NCBI GenBank assembly: GCA_963823665.1 | Contig: CAWGMQ010000010.1 | Location: forward strand, 1,568,001 to 1,632,000 | Origin: an uncultured Planctomycetota bacterium | GTDB taxonomy: Bacteria; Planctomycetota; Planctomycetia; Isosphaerales; Isosphaeraceae | DNA length: 64,000 bases | Reading direction: 5' to 3' | Shown: positions 1-8,783 of the stretch, in pieces | Layout of the letters: each line of letters starts with the position of its first letter | How positions within the stretch are numbered: position 1 is the first letter of the stretch | Notes under the pieces: model-generated | What the model was told of the DNA's origin: nothing | Database searches by the model: none | The model's input: the letters and a program-made list of their open reading frames with translations, nothing else | Made by a program: the position numbers and the translations under genes

Positions 1-215
1 GCCGCCAGCTTGGCCAGATCGGCCTCGGCTTGATTTCGAACCTGATGACTCGTTGTGTACGCATCAATCTTCGCCTGAAGCTCCGCCGGATCCTCCCCCG
101 GTAAAACCGGCGTCTTCGCCGTGAGTCCATGTTTAATCGCGTTGAACCGCGACCCGTTCCTGGTCGGCGCAACCCGATCATCCATTCCGCCCACAACCGC
201 ACTTTGCACACTCAT
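1..215 (-). CDS. Hypothetical protein of the planctomycete 'SRFNAxKHGL...LPGEDP' family (5' part; runs off window)
   Basis: Manual translation from ATG at 215: MSVQSAVVGGMDDRVAPTRNGSRFNAIKHGLTAKTPVLPGEDPAELQAKID..., open to position 1. Confidence 0.7.
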   Translation of the reverse strand, partial: MSVQSAVVGGMDDRVAPTRNGSRFNAIKHGLTAKTPVLPGEDPAELQAKIDAYTTSHQVRNQAEADLAKLA

Positions 216-269
216 CGCATCACCATGACCCTATCTGTGGCCCGAAAGCCCGCCAATTCCGCCCGCGAA

Positions 270-297
270 GTAGGTCAGGCTTCAGCCTGACGATTTC
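270..297 (+). repeat. GTAG-type REP-like hairpin (family A)
   Basis: GTAG-GTCAGGCT-TC-AGCCTGAC-GATTTC; related copies at 5042 and 53060. Confidence 0.8.
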
Positions 298-776
298 CCT
301 GAAGTCCGTCGCGCGAAAGCCGAACAATTCCGCGCACGATGGGGAGATCACAGATCAACTCGACGCCCTGACACCAACACCCGTGCCGAACGACGCCCCA
401 TCCCCGATCATCCGTCGCGATGCCATAATATAGGCCACGATTACCTGTTACGCAAATTAATCCCGTGCTTCAAACTAAATGGCTCGGCGAATCGGGGCTG
501 ATCGAGACGATTGCGCACAGCCCACACGCGTCGGGTCGTCGATCTTAAGGCTTTGCCACACAAGGCTAAGAATCTACGCCGTCAAAAACGAACCCCAAAT
601 TTCTGCGCTTGCGTAACCGGCAAAACTCCGTACTATCCGTCACAAATGGCGGACACAACGCTCGCGCGGGATTCCTCTCATCTCCGCTGCGCCTTGCCCA
701 AAGCAAGCCTGTTGACCGACATTTGTCGCCTGCGAGATCTTGAAGACTGAGCCGGTGCCCCTTGAGGTCCCACCAT

Positions 777-1050
777 CGGCGGCGATGACGCGGAGATGCC
801 GCAGCCCTATCGGGACGCCGGCTTTATCGTGATGATCCCGATCTTGCGCGGCGAGAACGGCCAGCCCGGATCCTATACGATGTTCTACTTCGGCGATCAG
901 GAAGGCTGGGCAACATTATCGACCCAACGAGCGGCGGAGCTGGCCAAGCATAAAGGGCTCGATGCCGAAGCGATCGAACTCCCAGGAGACCATTTCTCCT
1001 CGGTACCGGTAGCGATCCGGAAGAGCATCGAGTTTTTCAGGCTCAAATAA
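777..1050 (+). pseudogene. Hydrolase copy 1: 5'-truncated, with an in-frame 294-bp internal deletion removing the catalytic Ser
   Basis: Matches 2447-2559 joined directly to 2854-3015 of copy 2 (MFY|FGDQ); the GHSAG motif is absent. Confidence 0.85.
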
Positions 1051-1139
1051 TCGGACCGGAATGCAGCACGACGCGGCAGGATTGTCTCCGCGATGCTTTA
1101 ATGGAGCAGTGAAGCCCGGCGAAGGAACGAGGATCACAT

Positions 1140-1361
1140 ATGGAAACCGAGCGAGTGGTCATTTCCGGATTGGTCAAGAACGGGGTGGTTGTGCCTCAGG
1201 GCTCGAACCAGCTTCCCGAGGGAGCACTGGTCGCGATCGTGATCCCGTCAGGCTCACCGCACCTCACAACGGACGTGCGCACCGAATTCGACGCCTGGGA
1301 ACGAGTGAGTGACGAGGCTTGGGCACTCATTGATCAATGGGAGCGCGAGGAGCAACCTTGA
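1140..1361 (+). CDS. Putative antitoxin (DUF104/AF2212-like), copy 1
   Basis: 73 aa; ISGLVKNGVVVP..LPEGALV motif and acidic tail; stop overlaps the toxin start (TTGA). Confidence 0.7.
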   Translation: METERVVISGLVKNGVVVPQGSNQLPEGALVAIVIPSGSPHLTTDVRTEFDAWERVSDEAWALIDQWEREEQP

Positions 1362-1696
1362 CCGCGGGCGCCGTGCATTGGGTCGAGCTTCCGCCCTCGA
1401 CCGCCCACAAACAGAGCGGCCGCCGCCCCGCCATCGTCGTACAAGACGAGAAGTATGCCGGGACACTACCGGTCGTCCTCACGGTACCGCTCACCACGGC
1501 GACCTCGACCCTGCGGTTCCCCGGCACGGTGTTGGTCCAACCCAGCGATGAGAACGGCCTGCAGTCACCTTCGGTCGCGCTCGTCTTTCAAACGCGCACC
1601 GTAGACCGACGGCGCATCGGCAATCGGTTGGGTACTGTGAGCGCGCGAGTTCTCGCGGAGATCTTCGCCGCCCTGGATAAGCTCTTGGGACGCTGA
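1358..1696 (+). CDS. mazF: PemK/MazF-family toxin, copy 1
   Basis: GAVHWVELP..HKQSGRRPAIVVQ..VPLTT..ENGL..SVALVFQ.RTVDRRR; TTG start coupled to the antitoxin stop. Confidence 0.9.
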   Translation: MTAGAVHWVELPPSTAHKQSGRRPAIVVQDEKYAGTLPVVLTVPLTTATSTLRFPGTVLVQPSDENGLQSPSVALVFQTRTVDRRRIGNRLGTVSARVLAEIFAALDKLLGR

Positions 1697-1853
1697 CAAG
1701 CGACCAGCATGCACAGCGGGAAGTTGTCGCGGCCCGCAGCCTGGTGAGATCAGCCAGTGTGACCTGCGCGCGCACCGAGCTGGTCGCGTTAATCCGGTCG
1801 TCGGGCAGACACTCCGGTCGGCCCGTCAGAGCCAACACGCATGCTCGATCGTT

Positions 1854-2064
1854 CGAGCCCCGAAGCGGGGCGACATCATAAAGCCCGGCGTGTAAACCCC
1901 GGGGACGACAATGCACCAACGCACCTCCATTTTCCGAGCCCCGATCCGGGGCGACATCATAAAGCCCGGGATGCGAACCCCGGGGACGACAATGCACCAA
2001 AGCGCCTCCATTTCCCGAGCCCCGATCCGGGGCGACATCATAAAGCCCGGGGTGTGAACCCCGG
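1854..2064. repeat. 81-bp tandem repeat (~2.6 copies) of a REP/BIME-like double hairpin (family B)
   Basis: Units start at 1854, 1935 and 2016; contain GCCCCG-N4-CGGGGC-like and CCCGGG..CCCCGGG hairpins. Confidence 0.9.
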
Positions 2065-2133
2065 TAATGCGCCCGATCCTCCCACTCCGCGGTCGAACGA
2101 TATGATGGCAGCCGCACAACAGGAGCTCCCCAG

Positions 2134-3015
2134 ATGCCGAAGCACCCTCATCTCGCCCTCATCATCGGTCTCCTGGCACTCTCCCCAGGATGCCAGAGTC
2201 ACCCAGACGTATCTCCCGGTTTAGAGCCTCAGCAAGAGGACTATGCCCGAGCCCGCAGCCTCTTCAAGACCAAGCTCGTGCGCCAAGCCCCGTCCCCTCA
2301 GCCGGGAGAACCGCTCCAAACCCCGCCGAACACCGTTGCGATCGACTATCGATCAGGCGAGCTGACTCTCAAAGCGTTCGTCACGCCCGACCCCGGCGAC
2401 GGCGCAAAACATCCCGCCGTCCTCTTTCTGCACGGCGGATTCGCCTTCGGCGGTGACGACGCGGAGATGCCGCAGCCCTATCGGGACGCCGGCTTTATCG
2501 TGATGATCCCGATCTTGCGCGGCGAGAACGGCCAGCCCGGCTCGTTCACAATGTTCTACGACGAGGTGAACGACGTCCTGGCCGCAGCCGACACCTTGGC
2601 CGCACTTCCCTATGTGGATTCAACCCACATCTTCGTGTCAGGCCACAGCGCCGGCGGCACTCTCGCCATGCTCGCCGCAATGGCGTCCAATCGCTTCCGC
2701 GCGGCGGCGTCGCTCTCCGGCTCACCCGACCAAAAAGCCAACGCCGCTTCCCAGCCAATCCTGGCAGTATTCGATCAATCCGACCCGCGCGAGTTCCAGC
2801 TTCGTTCCCCAGTCGCCTACGCGACGAGCTTCAAGTCGCCCATGCGAATGTACTTCGGCGATCAGGAAGGCTGGACAACATTATCGACCCAACGAATGGC
2901 CGAGGTGGCCAAGCACAAAGGGCTCGATGTAGAAGCGATCGAAGTCCCAGGAGACCACTACTCCTCGGTACCAGAAGCGATCCGGAAGAGCATCGAGTTC
3001 TTCAAGGTCAAATAA
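2134..3015 (+). CDS. Lipoprotein alpha/beta hydrolase (S9 prolyl oligopeptidase-like), intact copy 2
   Basis: Signal peptide ending LSPG-C; LFLHGG; GHSAGG nucleophile; C-terminal GDH; RBS AGGAG upstream. Confidence 0.9.
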   Translation: MPKHPHLALIIGLLALSPGCQSHPDVSPGLEPQQEDYARARSLFKTKLVRQAPSPQPGEPLQTPPNTVAIDYRSGELTLKAFVTPDPGDGAKHPAVLFLHGGFAFGGDDAEMPQPYRDAGFIVMIPILRGENGQPGSFTMFYDEVNDVLAAADTLAALPYVDSTHIFVSGHSAGGTLAMLAAMASNRFRAAASLSGSPDQKANAASQPILAVFDQSDPREFQLRSPVAYATSFKSPMRMYFGDQEGWTTLSTQRMAEVAKHKGLDVEAIEVPGDHYSSVPEAIRKSIEFFKVK

Positions 3016-3104
3016 TCGGACTGGAATGCAGCATGACGTGGCACGATTGTCTCCGCTCTGCTTTAATGGAGCAGTCAAGCCCGGCGAAAGGACGAGGATC
3101 ACGT

Positions 3105-3326
3105 ATGGAAACCGAGCGAGTGGTCATCTCCGGATTGGTCAAGAACGGGGTGGTTGTGCCTCAGGGGTCCAACCAGCTTCCCGAGGGAGCACTGGTCGCG
3201 ATCGTGATCCCGTCAGGCTCACCGCACCTCACCCCGGACGTGCGCACCGAATTCGACGCCTGGGAACGAGTGAGTGACGAGGCTTGGGCGCTCATTGATC
3301 AATGGGAGCGCGAGGAGCAACCGTGA
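3105..3326 (+). CDS. Putative antitoxin, copy 2
   Basis: Differs from copy 1 by one residue (T/P); GTGA overlap with the toxin. Confidence 0.7.
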   Translation: METERVVISGLVKNGVVVPQGSNQLPEGALVAIVIPSGSPHLTPDVRTEFDAWERVSDEAWALIDQWEREEQP

Positions 3327-3661
3327 CCACGGGCGCAGTGCACTGGGTCGAGCTCCCGCCCTCGACCGGCCACGAACAGAGCGGCCGCCGCCCCGCCATC
3401 GTCGTACAAAACGAGAAGTATGCCGCGACCCTTCCGGTCGTCCTCACGGTTCCGCTCACCACGGCGACCTCGACTTTGAGGTTCCCCGGTACGGTGTCGG
3501 TCCAACCCAGCGATGAGAACGGCTTGCAGTCTCCCTCGGTCGCGCTCGTCTTTCAAATGCGCGCGGTAGACCGACGACGCATTGGAAATCGGATGGGCGC
3601 CGTAAGTGCTGGAGTTCTCGCCGAGATCATCGCCGCTCTGGACGAGCTCCTGGGACGCTGA
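3323..3661 (+). CDS. mazF: PemK/MazF-family toxin, copy 2
   Basis: GHEQSGRRPAIVVQ..VPLTT; close paralog of 1358-1696. Confidence 0.9.
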   Translation: MTTGAVHWVELPPSTGHEQSGRRPAIVVQNEKYAATLPVVLTVPLTTATSTLRFPGTVSVQPSDENGLQSPSVALVFQMRAVDRRRIGNRMGAVSAGVLAEIIAALDELLGR

Positions 3662-3795
3662 AAGTCAGTTTAGTTCAATGTCCTGTATTTCCGTAACGCA
3701 GATTCAAGGTTTCGAATCGTTTGCCGAATTAAATCCAGCGGGGGTATCGCAGGGCGCCCGCACGCCCGCTTCAATTGGTCCTGGATACCGATATA

Positions 3796-4323
3796 ATGTC
3801 TAAAAAAACAGCACGCGTGGTTATGTTGACCACGCTCTCGGTCGCGACGGTGGGGCTCGGCCTGCTACTGGTCACGCCCTGGGCGGGTGTCACACAAGAG
3901 CATTCCAAGCTACTGCAACAGGGCATGACTCGGGCGGAAGTAGAACGTCTGCTCGAAGGGCCTCCGCGAAATGAGCTGAGGTACCATGCCGTGGTCTGGC
4001 TTCCGCAAGCGGCCGGGCGGCCGATCTCAGCGGAAATCGCCCCGACATCTCCGGCGGTTGATGTTCTCGTGCGGGAAGACAGGCCGAAGAATATTCGGCA
4101 ACCGGTGCGGTCGTCTTCCCTCGATTTCTTCCCGCAAGAATCCGGAATGGGCGGCAATCAAGTCGTATGGGTCACGGGGGAGTGCCTGATCGCCGTCTAT
4201 TTCACACAGGACGGCCGGTTGCGGCATAAATACGTCTCGACGGTCGACGAGTCTGTGCCGCCATCTGTAGTCGACTGGCTGGCATCGAGGCCGCGAATGA
4301 TCCGCCGTTCCCTCGGTTTCTAG
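3796..4323 (+). CDS. Membrane-anchored hypothetical protein with a SmpA/BamE-like motif
   Basis: N-terminal hydrophobic helix; LQQGMTRAEVERLLEGPP; later IAVYF..DGRL strand. Confidence 0.6.
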   Translation: MSKKTARVVMLTTLSVATVGLGLLLVTPWAGVTQEHSKLLQQGMTRAEVERLLEGPPRNELRYHAVVWLPQAAGRPISAEIAPTSPAVDVLVREDRPKNIRQPVRSSSLDFFPQESGMGGNQVVWVTGECLIAVYFTQDGRLRHKYVSTVDESVPPSVVDWLASRPRMIRRSLGF

Positions 4324-4404
4324 GAGTATCGTCCGATATCGACGCCTCGGGTCGGTTCAGGCCGTTTCATGGGACAACCCGACCGTTGTCCGAAGAAGTC
4401 GCTC

Positions 4405-5011
4405 ATGGCCCAGAACCCGATCATCGCCCGCGTCGACAACCTCACCCGTTCTCGCTTCGCGGAAATGCTGGCCGAGAGCGCGGCCTCCGGCTATCAATTC
4501 CTCCGCCGCTTTCTCGACAAGTGGGAACGCGCGGTCAACCGCTTCTCGCGTCCTGGCGAGGCGTTGCTGGTCGCCCAGAGTCACGGCCGTTGGGCGGGCG
4601 TCTGCGGGCTTAGGAACAGGCCGGCATTAACTTCCCGATTTCGGCACCAACCCCACCACGAACGAAAGCCCTCGTTCCGACGCTCTGCGTCGGAACGGTA
4701 TTTGTGCCGCTCCGCGGCGCGCTCGAGGTAAATCGTCGGAAGTTGTTTCCGACCCGTTCCTTAGCGTCGACCCTTACCTCGACGATCCTCGAGTCGCGCG
4801 GTTGCGCAACCTCTACGCCGTAGCCGATTGCCGAAGAAACGGGGTCGGTCGCCAGCTCGTGGAAAACGTGATATCGCTGGCCCGAGTTCATTTCGACAAA
4901 CTCAGACTCCGCAGTCCAGAAGAGGCTCCGGCGCGGCTCTACGAGTCGCTCGGCTTTCGACCCTGCCAAGGCATCCCGAACTACACTCACATCCTGAAAT
5001 GGAGGAGTTGA
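4405..5011 (+). pseudogene. GNAT N-acetyltransferase interrupted by a MITE
   Basis: Removing 151 bp restores a 151-aa ORF: ..GVCGL-SVDPYLDDPRVARLRNLY..RRNGVGRQL (acetyl-CoA motif)..LYESLGF. Confidence 0.85.
4613..4760. mobile_element. 148-bp MITE with imperfect terminal inverted repeats and a TTA (or CTTAG) target duplication
   Basis: Left end GGAACAGGCCGGCATTAACTTCC; right end (reverse complement) GGAACGGGTCGGAAACAACTTCC; TTA at 4610-4612 and 4761-4763; internal hairpin CGTTCCGACGC-TCT-GCGTCGGAACG. Confidence 0.85.
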
Positions 5012-5041
5012 ACGGGCGAAGAGCAACCGATTCTGCATTAA

Positions 5042-5063
5042 GTAGGTTAGGCTTTAGCCTGAC
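5042..5063 (+). repeat. GTAG-type REP-like hairpin (family A)
   Basis: GTAGGTTAGGCTTTAGCCTGAC. Confidence 0.75.
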
Positions 5064-5121
5064 TCCCTCGCTCCAGCACGGCCGTTCGCGCGCTTTTCAC
5101 CCCGCGGGCAAGTCCAGAAGG

Positions 5122-5197
5122 AGTCAAGCCCGGCGAAACGACGAGATGCAGCTACGGAAACCGAGCGAGCGTTCATCTCCGGATTGGTCACGAACGG
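5122..5197 (+). pseudogene. 5' stub of the antitoxin gene (start ATG changed to ACG)
   Basis: AGTCAAGCCCGGCGAAA..TACGGAAACCGAGCGAG..CATCTCCGGATTGGTCA matches 3073-3150. Confidence 0.7.
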
Positions 5198-5330
5198 CGT
5201 CTTGGGTTCTTTTCACTCAGAGCCCGTCCCTCTGCCCGGGTCTTCCAAGGAGCTCCTCCTCTCCAGAGGACGGCAGCTACGTGAGGAATTAGAGCATGAG
5301 GAGTCGGCTCGGGCGATTGCTGGCTGATAC

Positions 5331-6155
5331 TGCCAGAGTCACCCAGACGTATCTCCAGGTTCAGAGCCCCAGCAAGATGACTTTGCCCGAGTCCGTACCA
5401 CCTTCAAAACCAAGCTCGTGCGCCAAGCCCCTTCCCCTCAGCCGGGAGAACCGCTCCAAACCCCGCCGAGCACCGTTGCGATCGACTATCGATCAGGCGA
5501 GCTGACTCTCAAAGCGTTCGTCACGCCAGACCCCGGCGACGGAGCAAAACATCCCGCCGTCCTCTTTCTGCACGGTGGATTCGCATTCGGCGGTGACGAC
5601 GCGGAGATGCCGCAGCCCTATCGGGACGCCGGCTTTATCGTGATGATCCCGATCTTGCGCGGCGAGAACGGCCAGCCCGGCTCGTTCACAATGTTCTACG
5701 ACGAGGTGAACGACGTCCTGGCCGCAGCCGACACCTTGGCCGCACTTCCCTATGTGGATTCAACCCACATCTTCGTGTCAGGCCACAGCGCCGGCGGCAC
5801 TCTCGCCATGCTCGCCGCGATGGCGTCCAATCGCTTCCGCGCGGCGGCGTCGCTCTCCGGCTCACCCGACCAAAAAGCCAACGCCGCTTCCCAGCCAATC
5901 CTGGCAGTATTCGATCAATCCGACCCGCGCGAGTTCCAGCTTCGTTCCCCGGTCGCCTACGCGATGAGCTTCAAGTCGCCCATCCGGATGTACTTCGGCG
6001 ATCAGGAGGGCTGGGCAACATTATCGACGCAACGAACCGCCGAGTTGGCCAAGCAGAAAGGCCTCGATGTCGAAGCGATCGAAGTCCCAGGAGACCATTT
6101 CTCCTCGGTACCGGAAGCGATCCGGAAGAGCATCGAGTTCTTCAAGCTCAAGTAA
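5331..6155 (+). pseudogene. Hydrolase copy 3 lacking its signal peptide (catalytic domain intact; possible GTG start at 5418)
   Basis: Homology to copy 2 begins at the lipobox Cys codon (5331 = 2191); in-frame TGA at 5325; GHSAG retained. Confidence 0.75.
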
Positions 6156-6244
6156 TCGGATTCGAATGCAGCACGCCGTGGCACGCTTGTCTCCGCAATG
6201 CTTTAATGGAGCAGTCAAGCACGGCGAAAAGGTGAGGATCACAT

Positions 6245-6412
6245 ATGGAAACCCAGCGAGTGGTCATCTCCGGATTGGTCAGGAACGGGGTGGTTGTGCC
6301 TCAGGAACCCAACCAGCTACCGGAGGGAACACTGGTCGCGATCGTGATCCCTTCGCGTTCATCGGAGCTCACCCCGGAAGCACACACCGAATTCGACGCC
6401 TGGGAACGATAG
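6245..6412 (+). pseudogene. Antitoxin copy 3, C-terminally truncated
   Basis: METQRVVISGLVRNGVVVP..TEFDAWER-TAG; homology ends here and no mazF follows. Confidence 0.75.
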
Positions 6413-6451
6413 AATGGTCGTGATAAGGCAGTGCATCGGGAGGGAGGAACC

Positions 6452-6799
6452 ATGCCACGCACGAAACCGAGAGCGCTCAAACCGCCGGCGTCACCAAACG
6501 CGAAACCGAACGGGATCGGCGAAACACCGGAGGTGCTGACACTGGAGGAAGCGGCATCGTATTTCCGCGTTCCTGCGGATGCCGTATTGCGCATGATCGA
6601 CGCGGAGGGACTTCCGGCCCGTCGATTCGGTACGGACTGGCGGTTCTACAAGGCTGCGCTCCAGGGTTGGTTGGGAGCAGCGCGACCCAAGAAAGGTATC
6701 CTTGACCACATCGGGCGGATCGAGGACGATCCTCACGCTCAAGAGATGCTTCGGGGAATTTACGCCAGGCGACGACGACCTGAGACCGTCCAGGAATGA
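6452..6799 (+). CDS. Excisionase-like HTH (HTH_17) protein, probable antitoxin of the downstream PIN toxin
   Basis: EVLTLEEAASYFRV..GLPARRFGTDWRF; RBS GGAGG; ATGA overlap with vapC. Confidence 0.8.
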   Translation: MPRTKPRALKPPASPNAKPNGIGETPEVLTLEEAASYFRVPADAVLRMIDAEGLPARRFGTDWRFYKAALQGWLGAARPKKGILDHIGRIEDDPHAQEMLRGIYARRRRPETVQE

Positions 6800-7218
6800 T
6801 GCACTTCCTCGATACCGACACGATGACCCACGCCCACTTGGGCCATCGCCAGGTCGCTTCTCGAATCGAACTGGTGGGGGAACAGAATGTTGCGACGACC
6901 ATCATCACCGCGATCGAGATCATTCGCGGGCGACACGATTAAGTCCTGCAGGCCGCGGATGGCGCGCAACTCCTGCGCGCTCAGCAACTTCTCCATGCCA
7001 GCGAAGAGATGTTGATGGACATCCAGATCTTCCGCGTCGACGTACAGGCTGCCGCGGAGTTCGACCGACTCCGGCAGATCAAAAGGCTCAAGAAAATCGG
7101 ACGCGCCGACTTGCTAATCGGTTGCATCACGCTCGCCCACCGAGCGACCTTGGTGACGCGAAACGATGACCACTTTCGCCAGATACCCGCGTTGAAGATC
7201 GAGAACTGGGTGGATTGA
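6796..7218 (+). pseudogene. vapC: VapC/PIN-domain toxin with an internal TAA at 6940-6942
   Basis: MMHFLDTD..TIITAIE..GRHD*VL..GRADLLIG..LVTRN..HF..IENW in one frame. Confidence 0.85.
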
Positions 7219-7277
7219 AGGCGACGATCGGGCCAAATTCCGACGAGGTAGGCAGCGGCGTGATCCAGATAGCAGTA

Positions 7278-7368
7278 GGATTGGACCCTCAGTAAGACGA
7301 CGACGCCCAAGCCCGCAGCGCCTGGAAAACCAAGCTCGTACGCCAAGGCCCGTCCGCTCAGCCGGGAG
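7278..7368 (+). pseudogene. Hydrolase copy 4: diverged 5' fragment
   Basis: GLDPQ*DDDAQARSAWKTKLVRQGPSAQPG versus copy 2 GLEPQQEDYARARSLFKTKLVRQAPSPQPG. Confidence 0.75.
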
Positions 7369-7410
7369 TGCAGCATACGGAGCGGAGAATTCCCGTCGCG
7401 AAAGTTGCGC

Positions 7411-7739
7411 AAGCTTCCGCCCCCTTTAGAAGGGGGGGCCAGGGTAGCCGGTTGAAAACTTGCAGAATAAGGAGCGAAGATTTCCCGCCGCGTATGTTGC
7501 GCTAAGTTTCCCCCCCTTGAGAAGGGGGGGCCAGGGGGGGTCGTCCCGGCGGCCGCCATCACAAAACCGTCGCGCAACAGAAAACGCCGATTCGTCCAGC
7601 TCGAAATTCGCGAATACAGCCCAGTTTTCATCAGGCCAGGGGCGGTCGTTCCGGCGGCCGACATTACAAAACCGTCGCGCAACAGAAATCGCCGAATCGT
7701 CCACCTCGAAACTCGCCAATACAGCCCACTTTTCATCAG
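7411..7739. repeat. C-run/G-run hairpin repeats (family C) plus a 105-bp tandem duplication
   Basis: CCCCCTT-N3-AAGGGGGG-CCAGGG at ~7420 and ~7510; 105-bp units start at 7531 and 7636; same motif at 43220 and 43280. Confidence 0.8.
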
Positions 7740-8116
7740 ACCAGTCCGCCCCTGCTCCGCACCTGTCTATTTCATTTTCCGAACTCCTTCGGGTTTATTG
7801 ATGATCACTCGTCCTTCTTTGACAACGTAAGCCAGCCCGCACTGTTTGAGGAGCAGTCGGAGCGATGTCCTGAGTGACGCGCCCTCGACGTCCATGATGA
7901 CCGCGGAGCCGGTCGTCGCCGCAGAAGACCAGGTGAACACCTATCGCGCAGGGTCCTGACTCGGTTCCAGGTTGAACGGACATGAAATAACGGTCACTCA
8001 TAGCTGACCTGTTGGCCGCGGCCACGAATTTTCCCGACGCTGTCTGGAAAATCTCCCACTGAAGGTAAAATGCCCGCGCAAGGGCGATGATAGGAGCTGA
8101 AAAACTCCAGTAACCC

Positions 8117-8467
8117 TTAACCCTTTCCGCAACTCCCCGGCGGCCACGGCCAGGGAGCGTGAGAGTCATCATGGCGCTTGCCCCCGACACTCACGAGCCA
8201 CGCACGGAACTCCGGCGACGACTGGCATACCGCCCAATCGAGTGGCGATCCACCACCGCGGTCGATCGAGTTGATTTCCGCCCCCCGCGAATGCAACAGC
8301 TTGGCCACCGCAAGTGCGTTGTACGCGCACGCGAAACTGAAAGCCGTTTCCCCCAGCCCGTTGCGCGCGTTGACATCGACGCCGCCGTCGAGAAGAACGC
8401 GAACACGCTCCACGTCATCGCGCACAACCGCTTCCAGCATGTCCGTTGAAAGAGCGTTCTCACACAT
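8117..8467 (-). CDS. Ankyrin-repeat protein
   Basis: LLDGGVDVNARNGLGETAFSFA..LLHSRGAEINSIDRGGGSPLDWA. Confidence 0.85.
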   Translation of the reverse strand: MCENALSTDMLEAVVRDDVERVRVLLDGGVDVNARNGLGETAFSFACAYNALAVAKLLHSRGAEINSIDRGGGSPLDWAVCQSSPEFRAWLVSVGGKRHDDSHAPWPWPPGSCGKG

Positions 8468-8537
8468 TCGAAGTCCGGCGAGCTCGCAGCACGCGCTCCC
8501 GGTAGATGTCGTCGATCAACCCCTGCGTCGGATACAT
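8460..8537 (-). pseudogene. Short 5' stub of a planctomycete hypothetical family (MYPTQGLIDDIYRERVLRARR)
   Basis: 25-aa ORF resembling the N-terminus of a recurrent 'LIDxIYRERVLRAR' family; recognised from memory only. Confidence 0.4.
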
Positions 8538-8661
8538 GACTTGCGACTCACCACGTCTGATCGTCCCCACTCACGATCTTGAATCTTGGCACTTCGATTG
8601 TCAATTGAATCGCCCAGCCGGATCGGTGCCAGGCCAGAAATGTCAAGATTCGAGGTCCATC

Positions 8662-8730
8662 TGGTACAATTCCTGTCGGAGGCTCACCATGCCGATTCAC
8701 GATTGGACCCGAGTTCCAGCCGGGACGTAC
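8662..8730 (+). pseudogene. Promoter, RBS and 5' stub of a DUF4058-family gene
   Basis: Extended -10 TGGTACAAT (8662-8670), GGAGG, ATG at 8689: MPIHDWTRVPAG, then similarity is lost. Confidence 0.6.
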
Positions 8731-8783
8731 CCGCCACCCCCAGAACCAAGTCCGCAGCATGACGTACGCCTGGGACCAACCAC

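Noticed and set aside
1854..2064. CRISPR array (regularly spaced palindromic repeats)
   Set aside because: The intervening segments are near-identical rather than unique spacers; only ~2.6 units; no cas genes
2134..6155. Diversity-generating retroelement template/variable repeat pair
   Set aside because: Differences between hydrolase copies are not adenine-specific and no reverse transcriptase is present
6452..6799. Prophage or ICE excisionase marking an integrated element
   Set aside because: No integrase, tRNA or phage genes nearby; the ATGA coupling to a PIN gene fits an antitoxin better
6981..7736. 251-aa ORF with an internal repeat
   Set aside because: A translation of the family-C and 105-bp repeats and antisense vapC; no protein-like features
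777..8467. Integron cassette array
   Set aside because: TA pairs and a GNAT fit the theme, but no consistent RYYYAAC..GTTRRRY attC sites follow the genes and no integrase is in the window
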